Virus record (IMG/VR): IMGVR_UViG_3300013125_000002
DNA: 64,000 nucleotides
DNA from: a virus
Strand: one strand, 5' to 3'
The notes below the pieces were generated by a model. The model saw only the letters and a program-made list of their open reading frames with translations. It was not told the DNA's origin and ran no database searches. Of the stretch, positions 1 through 11,049 are shown piece by piece (the stretch's first letter is position 1; the number at the start of each line of letters is the position of its first letter). The position numbers were made by a program, and so were the translations under genes.

Positions 1-292
1 AGTAGTAGCCCCTTCGGATCAGGCTGAGTTGATTCGCATCTAGAATCTCTGCTAATTTGATCAGCTCAGTGCCAGTTGCAGGGTCAGTGACACCAGAGAT
101 CGTGATGTCCTTTTGATAGACCACCACATCTCTATCCCGACGTGCTTTCCGCAACTGAAGGCGCAGCACCTGTCCCGACATGTTGCCACCACCTGCAGCT
201 GACCATTCTGCAGTAATGGTATTCCTGTCGATCTCGAACTTGCTGTACTCATCGAGATCAATTACCAAACTCAATGTGGTCGGGGCTGCCAT
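1..292 (-). CDS. Virion structural protein, N-terminal part (runs off window)
   Basis: Open frame MAAPTTLSLVIDLDEYSKF... from ATG at 292, directly after 304..921; function from context only. Confidence 0.6.
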   Translation of the reverse strand, partial: MAAPTTLSLVIDLDEYSKFEIDRNTITAEWSAAGGGNMSGQVLRLQLRKARRDRDVVVYQKDITISGVTDPATGTELIKLAEILDANQLSLIRRGYY

Positions 293-303
293 TTCTCACC
301 TGC

Positions 304-921
304 CTATGGGATCTCGAAGAGCTTGCTTGTGGCACTTGCAGGGACCGTCAGTGTTCTACGGTAATTCACTGCAGAGATGACAACGTCCACAACTGCACCC
401 TGTGCGATCTCAAGAACAAAGAAGCCATTCTGATCCGACTTTGCACTAATGAGACCTGACCCAATCCCACCACGGTTTGGAGTTGTTCCCACCAATGCAG
501 GGGCTGACAACACACGAGCACTAATAGATTCATTCACCAGGGCCTGACCATTGAGATCAACTAAGTACCCAGTGAGTGCATTCATCCCCAAGGTCACCGT
601 AGCTGGGATGACAGCTGCTTTCCCAAGATACGGATTGATCGCTGGAGCGGGCAGAGTCCCACCACTGACAAGGTACAAAAGTGTCCCTGGGGTGTTCAGC
701 TCTGCTGCCGAAAAAGCGATCTCATAGTAACCACCCCCGTTCTCACGGAAGTCAGTCACCAAGATTGACTTGGACCCGAAATCTCGATCTGAAGCCTTCT
801 TATAGGTGACTGTGATTTGGTCGAACGTGATCCCAGCTCGTGCCGCACCATCAGTGGCATTCACTGCCTTGAAAGGAAGCCAAGCTAGGACAGCCTGTTG
901 AACTGGGATGTACGTATTCAT
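304..921 (-). CDS. Hypothetical virion-module protein (beta-rich)
   Basis: 205-aa ORF, GGAGAG RBS, tightly packed in the structural operon. Confidence 0.65.
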   Translation of the reverse strand: MNTYIPVQQAVLAWLPFKAVNATDGAARAGITFDQITVTYKKASDRDFGSKSILVTDFRENGGGYYEIAFSAAELNTPGTLLYLVSGGTLPAPAINPYLGKAAVIPATVTLGMNALTGYLVDLNGQALVNESISARVLSAPALVGTTPNRGGIGSGLISAKSDQNGFFVLEIAQGAVVDVVISAVNYRRTLTVPASATSKLFEIP

Positions 922-929
922 AGTCTCTC

Positions 930-1469
930 CTACTGGCCAGCGTCCGGCTTATTCAGTGCCTTCATCTGCCGGAGAAGCTCCTGCATTACCTGCACAGTGA
1001 CCTTCTGGCTTTCCTTGCTCGCTGCGTAGACCTGCTCGGTACGGTTGGCGAATTGGTGCAGAAAGATCAAAGCCGCTGTTAGCAGAGCAAGAAGTGACGC
1101 AACAGCTGTAATGTTCTTACTCTGCTCCACAACCCTTTCCCACAAGCTCTTCTTCAATGGCTTCGTCTCCGCAGAAGGGATTTTGGTCTTCTTTGTGACC
1201 TCGCTGACTGCTTCCTCAGCTGCCTCAGCAGCGGCATCCGCAGCAGCAGCTGTTGACTGCTCGATGCGCGCAAAAAACTGGCGGCGCAACACATTCATGT
1301 TCTTGTCGCAGTCTTCTCGCTTTACCAGTTGCGAGACATGTTGGGTTAGTGTGTCGAGCTTGTCACTTTGAGCAGTCAGTTGCTTGTCTACACCCTTTAC
1401 CGCTTCGGTCAGCCCACCCACTTGGCCAACAAGTGTTAGCAGTACATTGTCTCTCTCAGTCGGTGGCAT
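930..1469 (-). CDS. Coiled-coil protein with one TM helix (holin/XhlA-like topology)
   Basis: N-terminal coiled coil, hydrophobic ITAVASLLALLTAALIFL, GGAGGA RBS. Confidence 0.55.
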   Translation of the reverse strand: MPPTERDNVLLTLVGQVGGLTEAVKGVDKQLTAQSDKLDTLTQHVSQLVKREDCDKNMNVLRRQFFARIEQSTAAAADAAAEAAEEAVSEVTKKTKIPSAETKPLKKSLWERVVEQSKNITAVASLLALLTAALIFLHQFANRTEQVYAASKESQKVTVQVMQELLRQMKALNKPDAGQ

Positions 1470-1641
1470 CTTGTCCTCCCCTTACTGGCGGATCATCTTC
1501 GTCAACCTGGAGAGGAAGACGGTTGATCTTAGGAACTCCCAAGCCAAAATGAAATCGTCCTGGTACGTCAAATACATCCCGTTCGAGTTCAGGTCGAATT
1601 CGAAGCAGGGTAACTTCTGAAGCTGGAAGAGTGGTTGGCAT
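1456..1641 (-). CDS. Small hypothetical protein
   Basis: Starts immediately after the stop of 1642..6390 and overlaps the next gene start. Confidence 0.45.
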   Translation of the reverse strand: MPTTLPASEVTLLRIRPELERDVFDVPGRFHFGLGVPKINRLPLQVDEDDPPVRGGQDATD

Positions 1642-4600
1642 CTATCGAGTCTTCCAGATCGAGACGTTGACAAGGTTGCCATTGAGATAGTTGCTTCCGC
1701 CTCGCTGATACCCGAGGTAGAGGTTCGTTCCTCCACCATGCGTCCAGTTCGATGACGTACCTCCCGTGTACGTAGGCCACGGGCCCGCATAACTGGACTG
1801 AAATGTGTGACCAAACGACCGATGCGTAGCTCCTGCAGGATCAGTGTAGAAGGCATTCTGCGAATCGTAGATGAGAATCGCGCCGGTCGCAGAACCAGTC
1901 ACCAGGTTGGCCAGGCTCGGGTTCTGCTGGAGAACGTGGCTGGAGTTATAAAGAGAGGCATCGGCCGTCGGCAGCCTGATGTTGATCTCCCCATTCTGAT
2001 CGGCTCCGTCCTCGAACTGGAGCGCGTAGGCCCCGCTAGCTCCGGGCACAGCGGTAACACCGATCGCGCCCTGCACTCGGTCCCAGCCGGTCATGCTTGC
2101 CGATGCCACGTAGTTCGAGGTAGGACCAGAGCAGGTCGCCGTAGCATTGCCTGTGGTTGGACAGTGCAGTCCGGTAACCGGAGGCTGCTGTGCTTCTGCA
2201 GACCATAGGTAGAGTGCGATTGTCCCATTCACCCCTGCGTAGCTGTAGTTCGGATCTGCATCTGCAGAAGCCCCGCCGATATAGACGTTGAAGGCAGCCG
2301 CAGTTGCCGTCCAGTCGAAGCAGCACAAGCACCAGCCACCTCCGACCCCCGTGGCGGTGGCGTTGGTGGCACCCGCGTACATCGTTCCCGGCGTGCAGGT
2401 GGAAACATTGAAATAGCCATAAGGGCTCGTGTTGTTAGTCGTCTGCACGAAAACCCAGTTGCGGGTTCCCTTCTTTGCGTAGATGCAGTTCCTAGCCGTC
2501 GCTGCTGATGGGGCCACGGACGCAGCAGCTGTCACAACATAGTGGCCAGAGACGGATCCATCCTCGACTAGAGAGTCAGCTGTGAGTGTCCCATCGGGGG
2601 CTGCAACCGAGTTGGCAACAACAGTAGCTTGTCCGCCAGTCCAACTATTGAAAGCAGTGCCGTACTTGGTGAGGTTGGTGACGGAAGCAGCAACTGGCTG
2701 CCCAAGTCCGAGCCGTGCGTTACCAGGAACGCCAACTGCTGTAGAGGCATAGGCGTAGGGGTATTGGTTCGCGCCGAAGCAGGCGACCTGCATCCCGTCC
2801 GACTGGTGACTGCCAACATCAAAGCAGCTGGCATTCGCGCGAGCGTAGGTGATCAGACTGTTTGTCTTGGCTCCGAACTTAGCATAGCTGGCCACATCCG
2901 CGTCGGTCAGAGCATAGTTATTGGTTATCATCAGGCCGGCGATGTCAACTGTGGATATACCGGCGGCTCCCTCGCCGACATCAATCGCTACGTTGGGATT
3001 GCCAATCGCATTTGCAGCGGTGCGGGCAGCGCCGTTGCCGAAAGCGGCGCCGTCCTGACTGATCTGGGCATTCCAGTGAGCCCCGTCCCAGACAAGCTTC
3101 AGGGCAACCAGGTGCCAGCGGCTGTCGGCGATCCCTGCCGCGGTGGTAATGATTCCCAGGTCACCGAAGTAGGAAATCCAGTAGTCGTCAGGGTGGTACT
3201 GCAGCGAGACACCGTATGGCGAGCCAGCACCAAAGTGCCGGAAAACGTTGCGCCGGAAACCGGGGGCCGGTGCTGCCACTCTGATCCACGCAGCGATAGA
3301 CCAGGGCTGCGTCCCCGAGACGTTGGCCGTCGTGGTCGCAGCCGAGGAGAAGATGTCACTCGTCCCTGAGACACCGATAGCAGGCTTCGTCAACCCAGTG
3401 CCCATGGGGTATGGGAGATCCGCGAACTGCACGGTCGGAGCCGCAGCACCAAGCACCGTGAGGTGGTTTCCGTTGCCCGAATGATCCCGGAGCCCGATGC
3501 CTGCACCGACGCTCGCTTCGTTAAGGTAGAAGTGCCCGGCCGTGTAGGCGTCGTCCGTCCAGTACGCGCCCTGTTGCGTGCTCTGCTGGTACTCGGTCAG
3601 CACTTCGCCAGCGGTCATCGCCTTGTTGATCTCGACCTTCACTTCACCGATCTGGCCATTGAAGTAGGTCAAGGCCCCGCGAGCGCCCGAGCCGATCGCA
3701 AAAGCTTGCGTGTTTGCTAGCGATCCAGTTGCCGTCTGGACCCCGTTGGTGGTCGCTTGCGCAGCAGCGTTGAGATATAGGATCGGTTTGGCCCAGGTAG
3801 CACCACTCCTTGGGAATGCACAAACTGCATGTGTCCACTGTCCCGTCGGGATCGCAGCTACGTCCGCCGTATTCGAATAAGTGTAGTTTCCGCCTACGTC
3901 GAGGATCATGCAGGTCAGCTTGCAGGCGGAATTCAGATACATCGAGTACCCTTGCGTATAGGCTGAAATTGTCTGCGTGCTGACAACAGCGTCATAGTTC
4001 GAACAGGTCTTCGGGTTGATCAGCGTCGATACCGTCGCCCCATTGGTCGGGTTCCCGAATGCGAGTGGGGTTGTGCTCGGCGCCTTCACACCCATCGTGT
4101 TCGCGGCGACGAAGTTCATGCTCCGTCGGCCCTGCCCCCTTGCGAGCAGCCCAGTGAATGCTTGGTACCGAGGAGACCCCGTCGGCGCGAGCGCGATCCC
4201 ATTGATTCGATCGTAGAGCGAGCCGCCAAGCGCAGTCATATCCCAGATCCAGGTATTCGCCGCGAGCGCCCCGGCTGGCTTCTCGAATCGCGGGATGGCC
4301 TGGGCGTTGAGGTAGCCGGCCTCGGTATTCGAGATAGTGATCAAGTTGTCCGTGTCAGTTGCGCCTCGCTGGTCTGGCGAGGGCCGTGTGTAGAGCTCGA
4401 CTCGCGAGATAGCGCCGTAGGAACAGTTGGAGCCTGTTGGATCGCAGCCGACGCTGAGGACGGTCCCGTTCAGGTCACGCTGGCTCGGAGCTTGGTAGAG
4501 CAGGCCCGAGGTCGCGTTGTGATTGCGCGGGCTGATGATGACCGGCGCCACCTTGTTGTCGACCGTCATCGCCGCATAGGTCTTGGGTGAGGAGTTGATG

Positions 4601-6390
4601 CCAGCCGCAACGTCGGTGTCCCAGGCAAATCGATACTGGCGATAGGTAGTGGTGTAGCTGAGCGGCTTGGCTCGGGCCATGAACTCGATCCCGCCGCCCT
4701 GGTCGTAAAGGATGCCTACCGGTTCGATCCCGACGGTGAGCCGCGCCTGCTGCCCGACCTGCCAGATCGTGCGAGGTGAGGACGGGGCCGCGACCCACGG
4801 CGCCGAGGAGACATCGGACAGGACTTCACCTCGAGTAAGCGCCTGGGGCATGAGCGCGGTCGCGACGCTCCAGTCGATCGTGTAATAAGAAGCGTTGCAG
4901 GTCTGCGAGACGTTGCCTGCCGTCGAGGTGCAAGGGTCAGTGACGTTGTTCTGCTCGTACTGGGCCTCGGCAAGCGCCATAACGCAGCTTCCATGCGTGG
5001 TCGCATAGATCGCAATGCCCTTGTTGTGGGTCGCAGTCGAATCACAGGCCGTGTAGCGCGTCCAAGTAGCTGCGTCGGTGAACGCCGTCGTTGTCCCCGC
5101 ATGCGACGTGTCGGCATAGAAGCCCACCCCGACACAGGTCCCCGAGATCTTCCTTGCATAGATGCTGGCGCACCAGCGCTCACCCGCGGCGATGGTTGCA
5201 ACTCCAGCCGCGACAGCCTTCGTCAAGCTCTGTGTGTCCGCCGAGAAGGTCAGAGAGTCAGCGGTCATCGATCCGTCGGGTGCTTCGTAGCCATTCGCCG
5301 CGACAACAGCGCCACTCACCGTCCACTTGCCCGCGCCCGACTGGTCAAGGTTATTAGGATAGCCGATGTCGTTGGTCGTCGAAGGGCTTCGCGGAAACCC
5401 CAGCCCCGCCGGGTTCGCCGTGCTGACCAATGTCGCATCGTAGCTTGCCGGCCACTGACCCGCAGCGTAGACGCCGAGCCGCTGGCCGAGGCTGTCCGAA
5501 GGGAGAATGCGCTTGGTCGTAGTCGTCTGGCTGTAGGTGATTCCGGTCGGGACCTTGAAAGCTTTGTACCACGTCCCGATTTCCGTCGTAGTGATCAGTC
5601 CGTCGGCGATCAGCGCTTCGGCCACGCTGCCGTTAAGGTAGTTGCCTCCCGCGTTGCTGTATCTGCCCAGCGTGAGATTGCCGTTATTCGTGACAGACCC
5701 CGAGACTGAAGACACGTCGATCGGAGACCCCACATCCTGATTGTCGATACTGAGAACCGCCGTCGAGGCACGATTGACTCGCACTACGATCAGATGCCAA
5801 CCGGGTGCGATAGCCGACGCTCCGAAAGCCGAGTTGATGGTGTGGGCCCCGTCGCTCAGGTACAACGTGGGGTTGATCGCCCCGTACAATTCGAACCCGG
5901 TACCGCCACCTGGACTGGTTCGCTTGCTGAAGAACCGATCACCCGCTTGCGTTGCGTTAACCAGCCCCCACCAGGCCATGGTGAAGTTGCCGGTTGTGAT
6001 GTCCCCGACCGTGCTGCTTGATGCGGCGAAGAGGGCGTCTGTCCCATTGAATCCAATCGCCTTCCGCGTGAAGCCGGCACTCATCGGAATCGGGGTGAAG
6101 AGCGAGTAGGTGGGCGAACCCGACGCGGTGAGCACCGCTGAGTCCCCGGAGAGGTCATCGGTGATGTTGCCCGACGCCTCCTGCATCTTCCAGCGCCATG
6201 CCTTCGACGCTGCCGCAGGCTTGCTCATCCAGTCCTGAGCCTGTTTGTTGAAGTACGTGATCGAGTCGTGGCGGTAGCCGGCGAGGAGCGAGTATCCGAC
6301 AGGTTGCTGCGAAGGCCAAAGCACGACAGCCGCAGCTGCGCCGATGGCAGCAATCGCAGCACTGTAGATGACGTAGCGGTAGCGGTTCAT
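1642..6390 (-). CDS. Giant LamG/concanavalin-A-repeat fibre or head-spike protein (paralogue 1)
   Basis: 1582 aa; LamG-like motifs (WHLIVVRV, WTHAV, WHLVAL), APDGxxTADSL carbohydrate-binding-type modules. Confidence 0.75.
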   Translation of the reverse strand: MNRYRYVIYSAAIAAIGAAAAVVLWPSQQPVGYSLLAGYRHDSITYFNKQAQDWMSKPAAASKAWRWKMQEASGNITDDLSGDSAVLTASGSPTYSLFTPIPMSAGFTRKAIGFNGTDALFAASSSTVGDITTGNFTMAWWGLVNATQAGDRFFSKRTSPGGGTGFELYGAINPTLYLSDGAHTINSAFGASAIAPGWHLIVVRVNRASTAVLSIDNQDVGSPIDVSSVSGSVTNNGNLTLGRYSNAGGNYLNGSVAEALIADGLITTTEIGTWYKAFKVPTGITYSQTTTTKRILPSDSLGQRLGVYAAGQWPASYDATLVSTANPAGLGFPRSPSTTNDIGYPNNLDQSGAGKWTVSGAVVAANGYEAPDGSMTADSLTFSADTQSLTKAVAAGVATIAAGERWCASIYARKISGTCVGVGFYADTSHAGTTTAFTDAATWTRYTACDSTATHNKGIAIYATTHGSCVMALAEAQYEQNNVTDPCTSTAGNVSQTCNASYYTIDWSVATALMPQALTRGEVLSDVSSAPWVAAPSSPRTIWQVGQQARLTVGIEPVGILYDQGGGIEFMARAKPLSYTTTYRQYRFAWDTDVAAGINSSPKTYAAMTVDNKVAPVIISPRNHNATSGLLYQAPSQRDLNGTVLSVGCDPTGSNCSYGAISRVELYTRPSPDQRGATDTDNLITISNTEAGYLNAQAIPRFEKPAGALAANTWIWDMTALGGSLYDRINGIALAPTGSPRYQAFTGLLARGQGRRSMNFVAANTMGVKAPSTTPLAFGNPTNGATVSTLINPKTCSNYDAVVSTQTISAYTQGYSMYLNSACKLTCMILDVGGNYTYSNTADVAAIPTGQWTHAVCAFPRSGATWAKPILYLNAAAQATTNGVQTATGSLANTQAFAIGSGARGALTYFNGQIGEVKVEINKAMTAGEVLTEYQQSTQQGAYWTDDAYTAGHFYLNEASVGAGIGLRDHSGNGNHLTVLGAAAPTVQFADLPYPMGTGLTKPAIGVSGTSDIFSSAATTTANVSGTQPWSIAAWIRVAAPAPGFRRNVFRHFGAGSPYGVSLQYHPDDYWISYFGDLGIITTAAGIADSRWHLVALKLVWDGAHWNAQISQDGAAFGNGAARTAANAIGNPNVAIDVGEGAAGISTVDIAGLMITNNYALTDADVASYAKFGAKTNSLITYARANASCFDVGSHQSDGMQVACFGANQYPYAYASTAVGVPGNARLGLGQPVAASVTNLTKYGTAFNSWTGGQATVVANSVAAPDGTLTADSLVEDGSVSGHYVVTAAASVAPSAATARNCIYAKKGTRNWVFVQTTNNTSPYGYFNVSTCTPGTMYAGATNATATGVGGGWCLCCFDWTATAAAFNVYIGGASADADPNYSYAGVNGTIALYLWSAEAQQPPVTGLHCPTTGNATATCSGPTSNYVASASMTGWDRVQGAIGVTAVPGASGAYALQFEDGADQNGEINIRLPTADASLYNSSHVLQQNPSLANLVTGSATGAILIYDSQNAFYTDPAGATHRSFGHTFQSSYAGPWPTYTGGTSSNWTHGGGTNLYLGYQRGGSNYLNGNLVNVSIWKTR

Positions 6391-6393
6391 GAG

Positions 6394-9300
6394 TTACCTG
6401 GTCTTCCAGATTGAAGTACGAACATGCAGACCATTGATCGTGTTACTAGCAGCGTTGTCCATCCCGAGATAGAGATTCGTCCCTGCAGCGGGAGTCCAGT
6501 TTGCAGTCGTGTCGGTCGAGTACGTGTCGAACTCGCCCGCGTAGCTCGACTGCTGCGAAACTGCGTAGGCCCGACGAGTTGTTGAATAGAACGCAGATTG
6601 CGAGTCGTAAGCCAGGATCACTCCGGTAGCCAAACTCGTCTGTGCGTTCGTCAAACGCACGTCCTGCTGCAGAACACCTGTCGAGCTGTACAAGAGAGCT
6701 TGGTTGGTCGGAGCTACGAGTCTGATTGCTCCATTCAGATCAGAGCCGTCATGGAGATCGAAAGCGTAGCCAGTCGCGTTGGTCGGAACTGTTACCGACG
6801 AGATCGTTCCTTGCGAGCGAGTCCAACCAGTTAGGTTTGCAGCCGCCACGTAGTTGCTGCTCGTGGCGTTGCAAGTCGCAGATGCAGTGGTTGTTGGGCA
6901 GTAAACACCAGGCCACGAGGCTGTTGCCGTGAGCGAAGCTCCCCACCAGTACACACTCTGGCCGTTGGTGGTGATCTTTGTTTCGATACGAGTATCATTG
7001 AGGACAGCCGCTCCAGAGACGCAGAAGCGTTGCCAAGCATTCGTCGCTGTGAATGCGGTGGTTGCGATCTCGCTGTTGTCACTATTCTTGACCAGGCGGA
7101 CAAAGCCAGCGACATCAGCAGCACCATTGCGCCTGAGATACTGGCAGTAGGTGTGCGTCGCTGCTGCAATCGTCCCGAACGCTTGTCGAAGATCACCATT
7201 GCCCGCGCTCGCAGTCACCGTGTCAGCAGTCGTGGTGCCGTCCGGTGCACTCGCTGTGTTCGCGGTGGCAGTGACGTTGGTCTTGACCCAGGTCGTTGTG
7301 GCGTCGTGGCTCTGCAGAGCAAGATTTGTCACTGCCGCATTAACAGGCTCACCAACAGTCCATCGCTCGTTGCCAGGAACACCAGCCACGCTACTGTAAG
7401 CCATCGGATAAGCGCTGGCTGGATAGCAACCAACTTGGATGCCGTCAACTGGATGGACGCCCTGTGTGTAGCAAGCGGTGTTGGTCCGTGCGTAGGTGAC
7501 TGCGCTACTGGTCTTCGTGCCGAAGACAGCATTCCAGTATGCAAGCACATCCGCATCAGTGAGGGCGTAGTTGGTGGCGCACATCGCACCAGCAACTTCG
7601 ACCATCACTGTCGCTTTGTAGACTACAGGTATGCCCAGTATGCTCGTGTTCTGACCAGCATCGCCACTGATAGTGGTGCCTGCAACGAAAGCAGCGCCAT
7701 CAAGGGAGATGTAAGGCGTCCAGTCGTTGCCACTCTTGGTTGCCTTGACAGCAACGAGATGCCATCGACCATCGCGGATGTTGGTGTTGATCCGCGTTAC
7801 ACAATAAACGGTATTGACACCCCACCAAAAGGTGGGCTTGCCGCAGCTAGCTCCTCGATCAGAGATGATACCCCAATCATCAGCAGCTACTTGGTCCTTG
7901 TACATCAGGTAGACGCCACCGCCTGCAGCATCGTCTGCGCACGTGCTGTCCGGAGTAATACGAGCCCAGACTGCAGCCGAGAACGACTGACCGTCAACCG
8001 GCTTGCATGTGCCAATATCGCTTGCCTCCGTATAGCTCGTCACAGTTCCAGCGGAGCTACCGAGGCTCGAGATAGCAGGCATCCAGTTGCCTTGCGGCCA
8101 AGGCATGTCTGCGTACTGCGGATCAGGAGTGCCAGAGACCGTAGAGAGATGCCCTGCAGTTACCGAATGATCTCGTACACCAACCCCAGCAGTGATCGCC
8201 CCCTCGTTCATCTTGTAGTGAGCTACAGAGTCCGATGTTTCGCGCCAGTATTGTCCTGTCTGGAATGAGCGAAGGTAGTCCGTCTTGACTGTGGTGTCGC
8301 TGTATGCACCACCTGCAAGAACCTGAACCTCGTGAACCTGGCCCGTAAGATAGTTGGCTCCGATTGATCCGAGACGTACCAAGCCTGTGTTAGCAAGGGT
8401 GCCTGTCGGATTCGTGCCTGAACAGGTAGTCGATAGTGTCACGTCACCGTAGTACAGCTTGGGATCGTCCCACGTCCCTGCAGTCTTGTTCAGACGACAA
8501 ACGATGTGACGCAGCTTGTACCCGGTCAGGGAGTTGACACTTGCCGGCCCGTGATAGCAGATGCGAGCGTTGGTACCGTCAGAAATGGCGCAGTAGTAGC
8601 GAGGATTGTTGGTAGTCCAAAGTCCATATCCCGCAACAGACGCATCCATCGTGTTGCCAACGATGCCCTGAGTTGCTGCGGAAGTGGGGTCATGTGAAAC
8701 GAGTGCTTGGATAACTGCACTCGTGGCAGTGCCGATAGATGCTGTTGAGTTGGCTGCAGCTTCGACATATTCGTTAGAAGCCCCAATGAACTGCACACCT
8801 CGTCGACCTTGGCCGCGAGCAATGAAACCTGACCAACGCTGATTCTTGTACGGAGGGTTGGTTGTGGTTCCGCCACTCTGCAAAGCAGCGTTGTGCAGTA
8901 CGTCAGTGACCTTCGCAGAATGCGAGACACCAGGATGCCAAATCCATGTGCTCGCAGTCGCTGATCCTGCTGGTTTCCACAGTAAGCCTGTGGCCAACGC
9001 AGGTGCTGCACTGAGATAATCGGCCTCCGTGTTACCGACAGAGATCACGTTGTCTGTGGTTGCTGTACGTGCTGAACTCTCCGGGCGGCCCCACACCTGA
9101 ACATCGATCAGGGAACTGTAGGAGCAGTTGTTCCCGTCAGCATCGCAGCCCAGAGTGAGTACGTGTTGGTTGTAGTCTTTGGTGGTGGGGAGATCAGGAG
9201 TGAGCCCCGTGGTTGGTGCTGCCATCCGAGCATGGAGAGCAGTCGGCATACGCTGGCTGTCTTTGAAAAACGCAGCATAAGCCTGAGAGTTAGTCACACC

Positions 9301-11049
9301 AGCTTGGTAATCCCAAGCAAGCGCATACGTGTGCTCACCAGTTACTGCAACAGGCTTGGCGATGGACGAGAACTCTAGACCCCCACCCTGATTGAACAAC
9401 ATACCGACGGGAATATCGCCATAAGCCAACTTGGCAAATCGCCCCAACATGAGCGCAACACGCGAAGTAGGTGATCCTACCCAAGGACGATCCACAACGG
9501 TTGCCGAAATCTCACCACGAGTGATGGTGCTTGGCATCAGGGTGTTGTTGATCTCTGTTGTGACCTGAGCATAGATCTTATCACAGGTCTGACTGGCATC
9601 CCCCACTGTAGTAGTGCAAGGATCGGTTACGTTGTTTTGCTGGTATTGAGCATCTGCCGCATGAACTGTGCAATCAGTGCCGTAGATACCCAACTGCTTG
9701 GCTTGGCCAGCATTCGTGCAGCAAGCACTGTAGTGAGCCCAAGAAGTCGTCAAATTGAAAGTAGTCGGCCATCCGATACCACCAGCACAAGCCGCAGTTA
9801 CCGATGGGCAACCACCTACACTCGACTTCTTGAGAAAGAGTGATCCGCACCAACGCTCGCCAGGTGCAATGACCCCTCCCCCAACAGCTGCCTTGTAGAT
9901 ATAGGCCCCATCACCATCGAAAGTCACTGCATCTGCGTTCATCGCCCCATCTGGAGCTTCCACGCTGTTAACTACGACAGTCACTCCAGAAGCGTCAGTC
10001 GACCATTGATCGAATTCATTGACGCGACCGAGTATATTGATCACCTGGGGCGAAGTACGAAATCCAGTTTGGAGAGGATTCCCCAGGGTACTGGCACCGC
10101 TGTCGTAGATCGCATGCCACTGGCCGGGGGCATAAACACCGAGCCCCGACGCCGAGACAGGTGCTTTCACAGTCGACGCTTGCGTGTATGTCACAGCCGG
10201 CGAGGTCGGCACTTTGAAGGCTTTGTACCAAGCTCGATTCTCGGCAAGGGTAGTCACGCCATTGGCGATGAGAACCTCACTCAACCCACCAGCGAACCAA
10301 TTAGCACCGCCGGTATCGGATCCGATGTTCAACGGGATAGCTGATGTTAATGATCCGCTACGTGCTGAGATGTCGAAGGTCACACCACCATCAACACCGT
10401 CGATGTAGGCAGTGGCGTTGCTTGCGCGAGTGAAGACAACGGTAACTAGGTGCCAGCCTGGGGTCAGCACACCGGTTACTGTCCCCGAAGCGAGGACCCC
10501 ATCTCCTACTTGAACACCAAGGGTTGTAGTACCAGCAAGAACTCGGATCGACCAGCCCGTGTTTCCAGTACGCTTGTCGATGATCCACTGATCTCCTGCA
10601 GGTGCTTCAAGGATTCTGATCCAGAAGCTCGCTGAGAAGTTGTTAGTGGTTTGATCCGCTACTGTGTTGTTCCCAGCTATGAACCTCGAGTCGGTGCCGT
10701 TGAACCAAATCGCCTTGCGAGTCCACCCTGCTGTTGTGGGAATGGGAGTGAACAGGGCATAGGCAGGAGTTCCTGCAGCAGTTAGAACTGCTGCATCACC
10801 ACTAAGATCGTCGGAGAGATTACCGGAGGTCTCCTGAGTCTTCCAACGATGCGTCTTGGTAGCCGCCGCCGGGGCCGTCAGCCAACCCTGAGCTTGACGT
10901 GTCAGATGAGCTGGTGACCTCATCTCAAGTCGACCAAGAAGCGGGCGCTCAGGTTGAGGATTAGACCCCTTGTATGTGATCCCTACTGCTGCTGTGGCCA
11001 GCACAGTGGCAGCAACAGTCGGTTTCCAGTTGCGGGTAAGCCAACTCAT
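6394..11049 (-). CDS. Giant LamG/concanavalin-A-repeat fibre or head-spike protein (paralogue 2)
   Basis: 1551 aa, colinear with 1642..6390 (shared NNVTDPCT and terminal SIWKTR). Confidence 0.75.
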   Translation of the reverse strand: MSWLTRNWKPTVAATVLATAAVGITYKGSNPQPERPLLGRLEMRSPAHLTRQAQGWLTAPAAATKTHRWKTQETSGNLSDDLSGDAAVLTAAGTPAYALFTPIPTTAGWTRKAIWFNGTDSRFIAGNNTVADQTTNNFSASFWIRILEAPAGDQWIIDKRTGNTGWSIRVLAGTTTLGVQVGDGVLASGTVTGVLTPGWHLVTVVFTRASNATAYIDGVDGGVTFDISARSGSLTSAIPLNIGSDTGGANWFAGGLSEVLIANGVTTLAENRAWYKAFKVPTSPAVTYTQASTVKAPVSASGLGVYAPGQWHAIYDSGASTLGNPLQTGFRTSPQVINILGRVNEFDQWSTDASGVTVVVNSVEAPDGAMNADAVTFDGDGAYIYKAAVGGGVIAPGERWCGSLFLKKSSVGGCPSVTAACAGGIGWPTTFNLTTSWAHYSACCTNAGQAKQLGIYGTDCTVHAADAQYQQNNVTDPCTTTVGDASQTCDKIYAQVTTEINNTLMPSTITRGEISATVVDRPWVGSPTSRVALMLGRFAKLAYGDIPVGMLFNQGGGLEFSSIAKPVAVTGEHTYALAWDYQAGVTNSQAYAAFFKDSQRMPTALHARMAAPTTGLTPDLPTTKDYNQHVLTLGCDADGNNCSYSSLIDVQVWGRPESSARTATTDNVISVGNTEADYLSAAPALATGLLWKPAGSATASTWIWHPGVSHSAKVTDVLHNAALQSGGTTTNPPYKNQRWSGFIARGQGRRGVQFIGASNEYVEAAANSTASIGTATSAVIQALVSHDPTSAATQGIVGNTMDASVAGYGLWTTNNPRYYCAISDGTNARICYHGPASVNSLTGYKLRHIVCRLNKTAGTWDDPKLYYGDVTLSTTCSGTNPTGTLANTGLVRLGSIGANYLTGQVHEVQVLAGGAYSDTTVKTDYLRSFQTGQYWRETSDSVAHYKMNEGAITAGVGVRDHSVTAGHLSTVSGTPDPQYADMPWPQGNWMPAISSLGSSAGTVTSYTEASDIGTCKPVDGQSFSAAVWARITPDSTCADDAAGGGVYLMYKDQVAADDWGIISDRGASCGKPTFWWGVNTVYCVTRINTNIRDGRWHLVAVKATKSGNDWTPYISLDGAAFVAGTTISGDAGQNTSILGIPVVYKATVMVEVAGAMCATNYALTDADVLAYWNAVFGTKTSSAVTYARTNTACYTQGVHPVDGIQVGCYPASAYPMAYSSVAGVPGNERWTVGEPVNAAVTNLALQSHDATTTWVKTNVTATANTASAPDGTTTADTVTASAGNGDLRQAFGTIAAATHTYCQYLRRNGAADVAGFVRLVKNSDNSEIATTAFTATNAWQRFCVSGAAVLNDTRIETKITTNGQSVYWWGASLTATASWPGVYCPTTTASATCNATSSNYVAAANLTGWTRSQGTISSVTVPTNATGYAFDLHDGSDLNGAIRLVAPTNQALLYSSTGVLQQDVRLTNAQTSLATGVILAYDSQSAFYSTTRRAYAVSQQSSYAGEFDTYSTDTTANWTPAAGTNLYLGMDNAASNTINGLHVRTSIWKTR

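Noticed and set aside
1642-11049. Diversity-generating retroelement targeting the fibres
   Set aside because: No reverse transcriptase and no near-identical repeat pair with adenine-specific differences; the similarity is ordinary paralogy.
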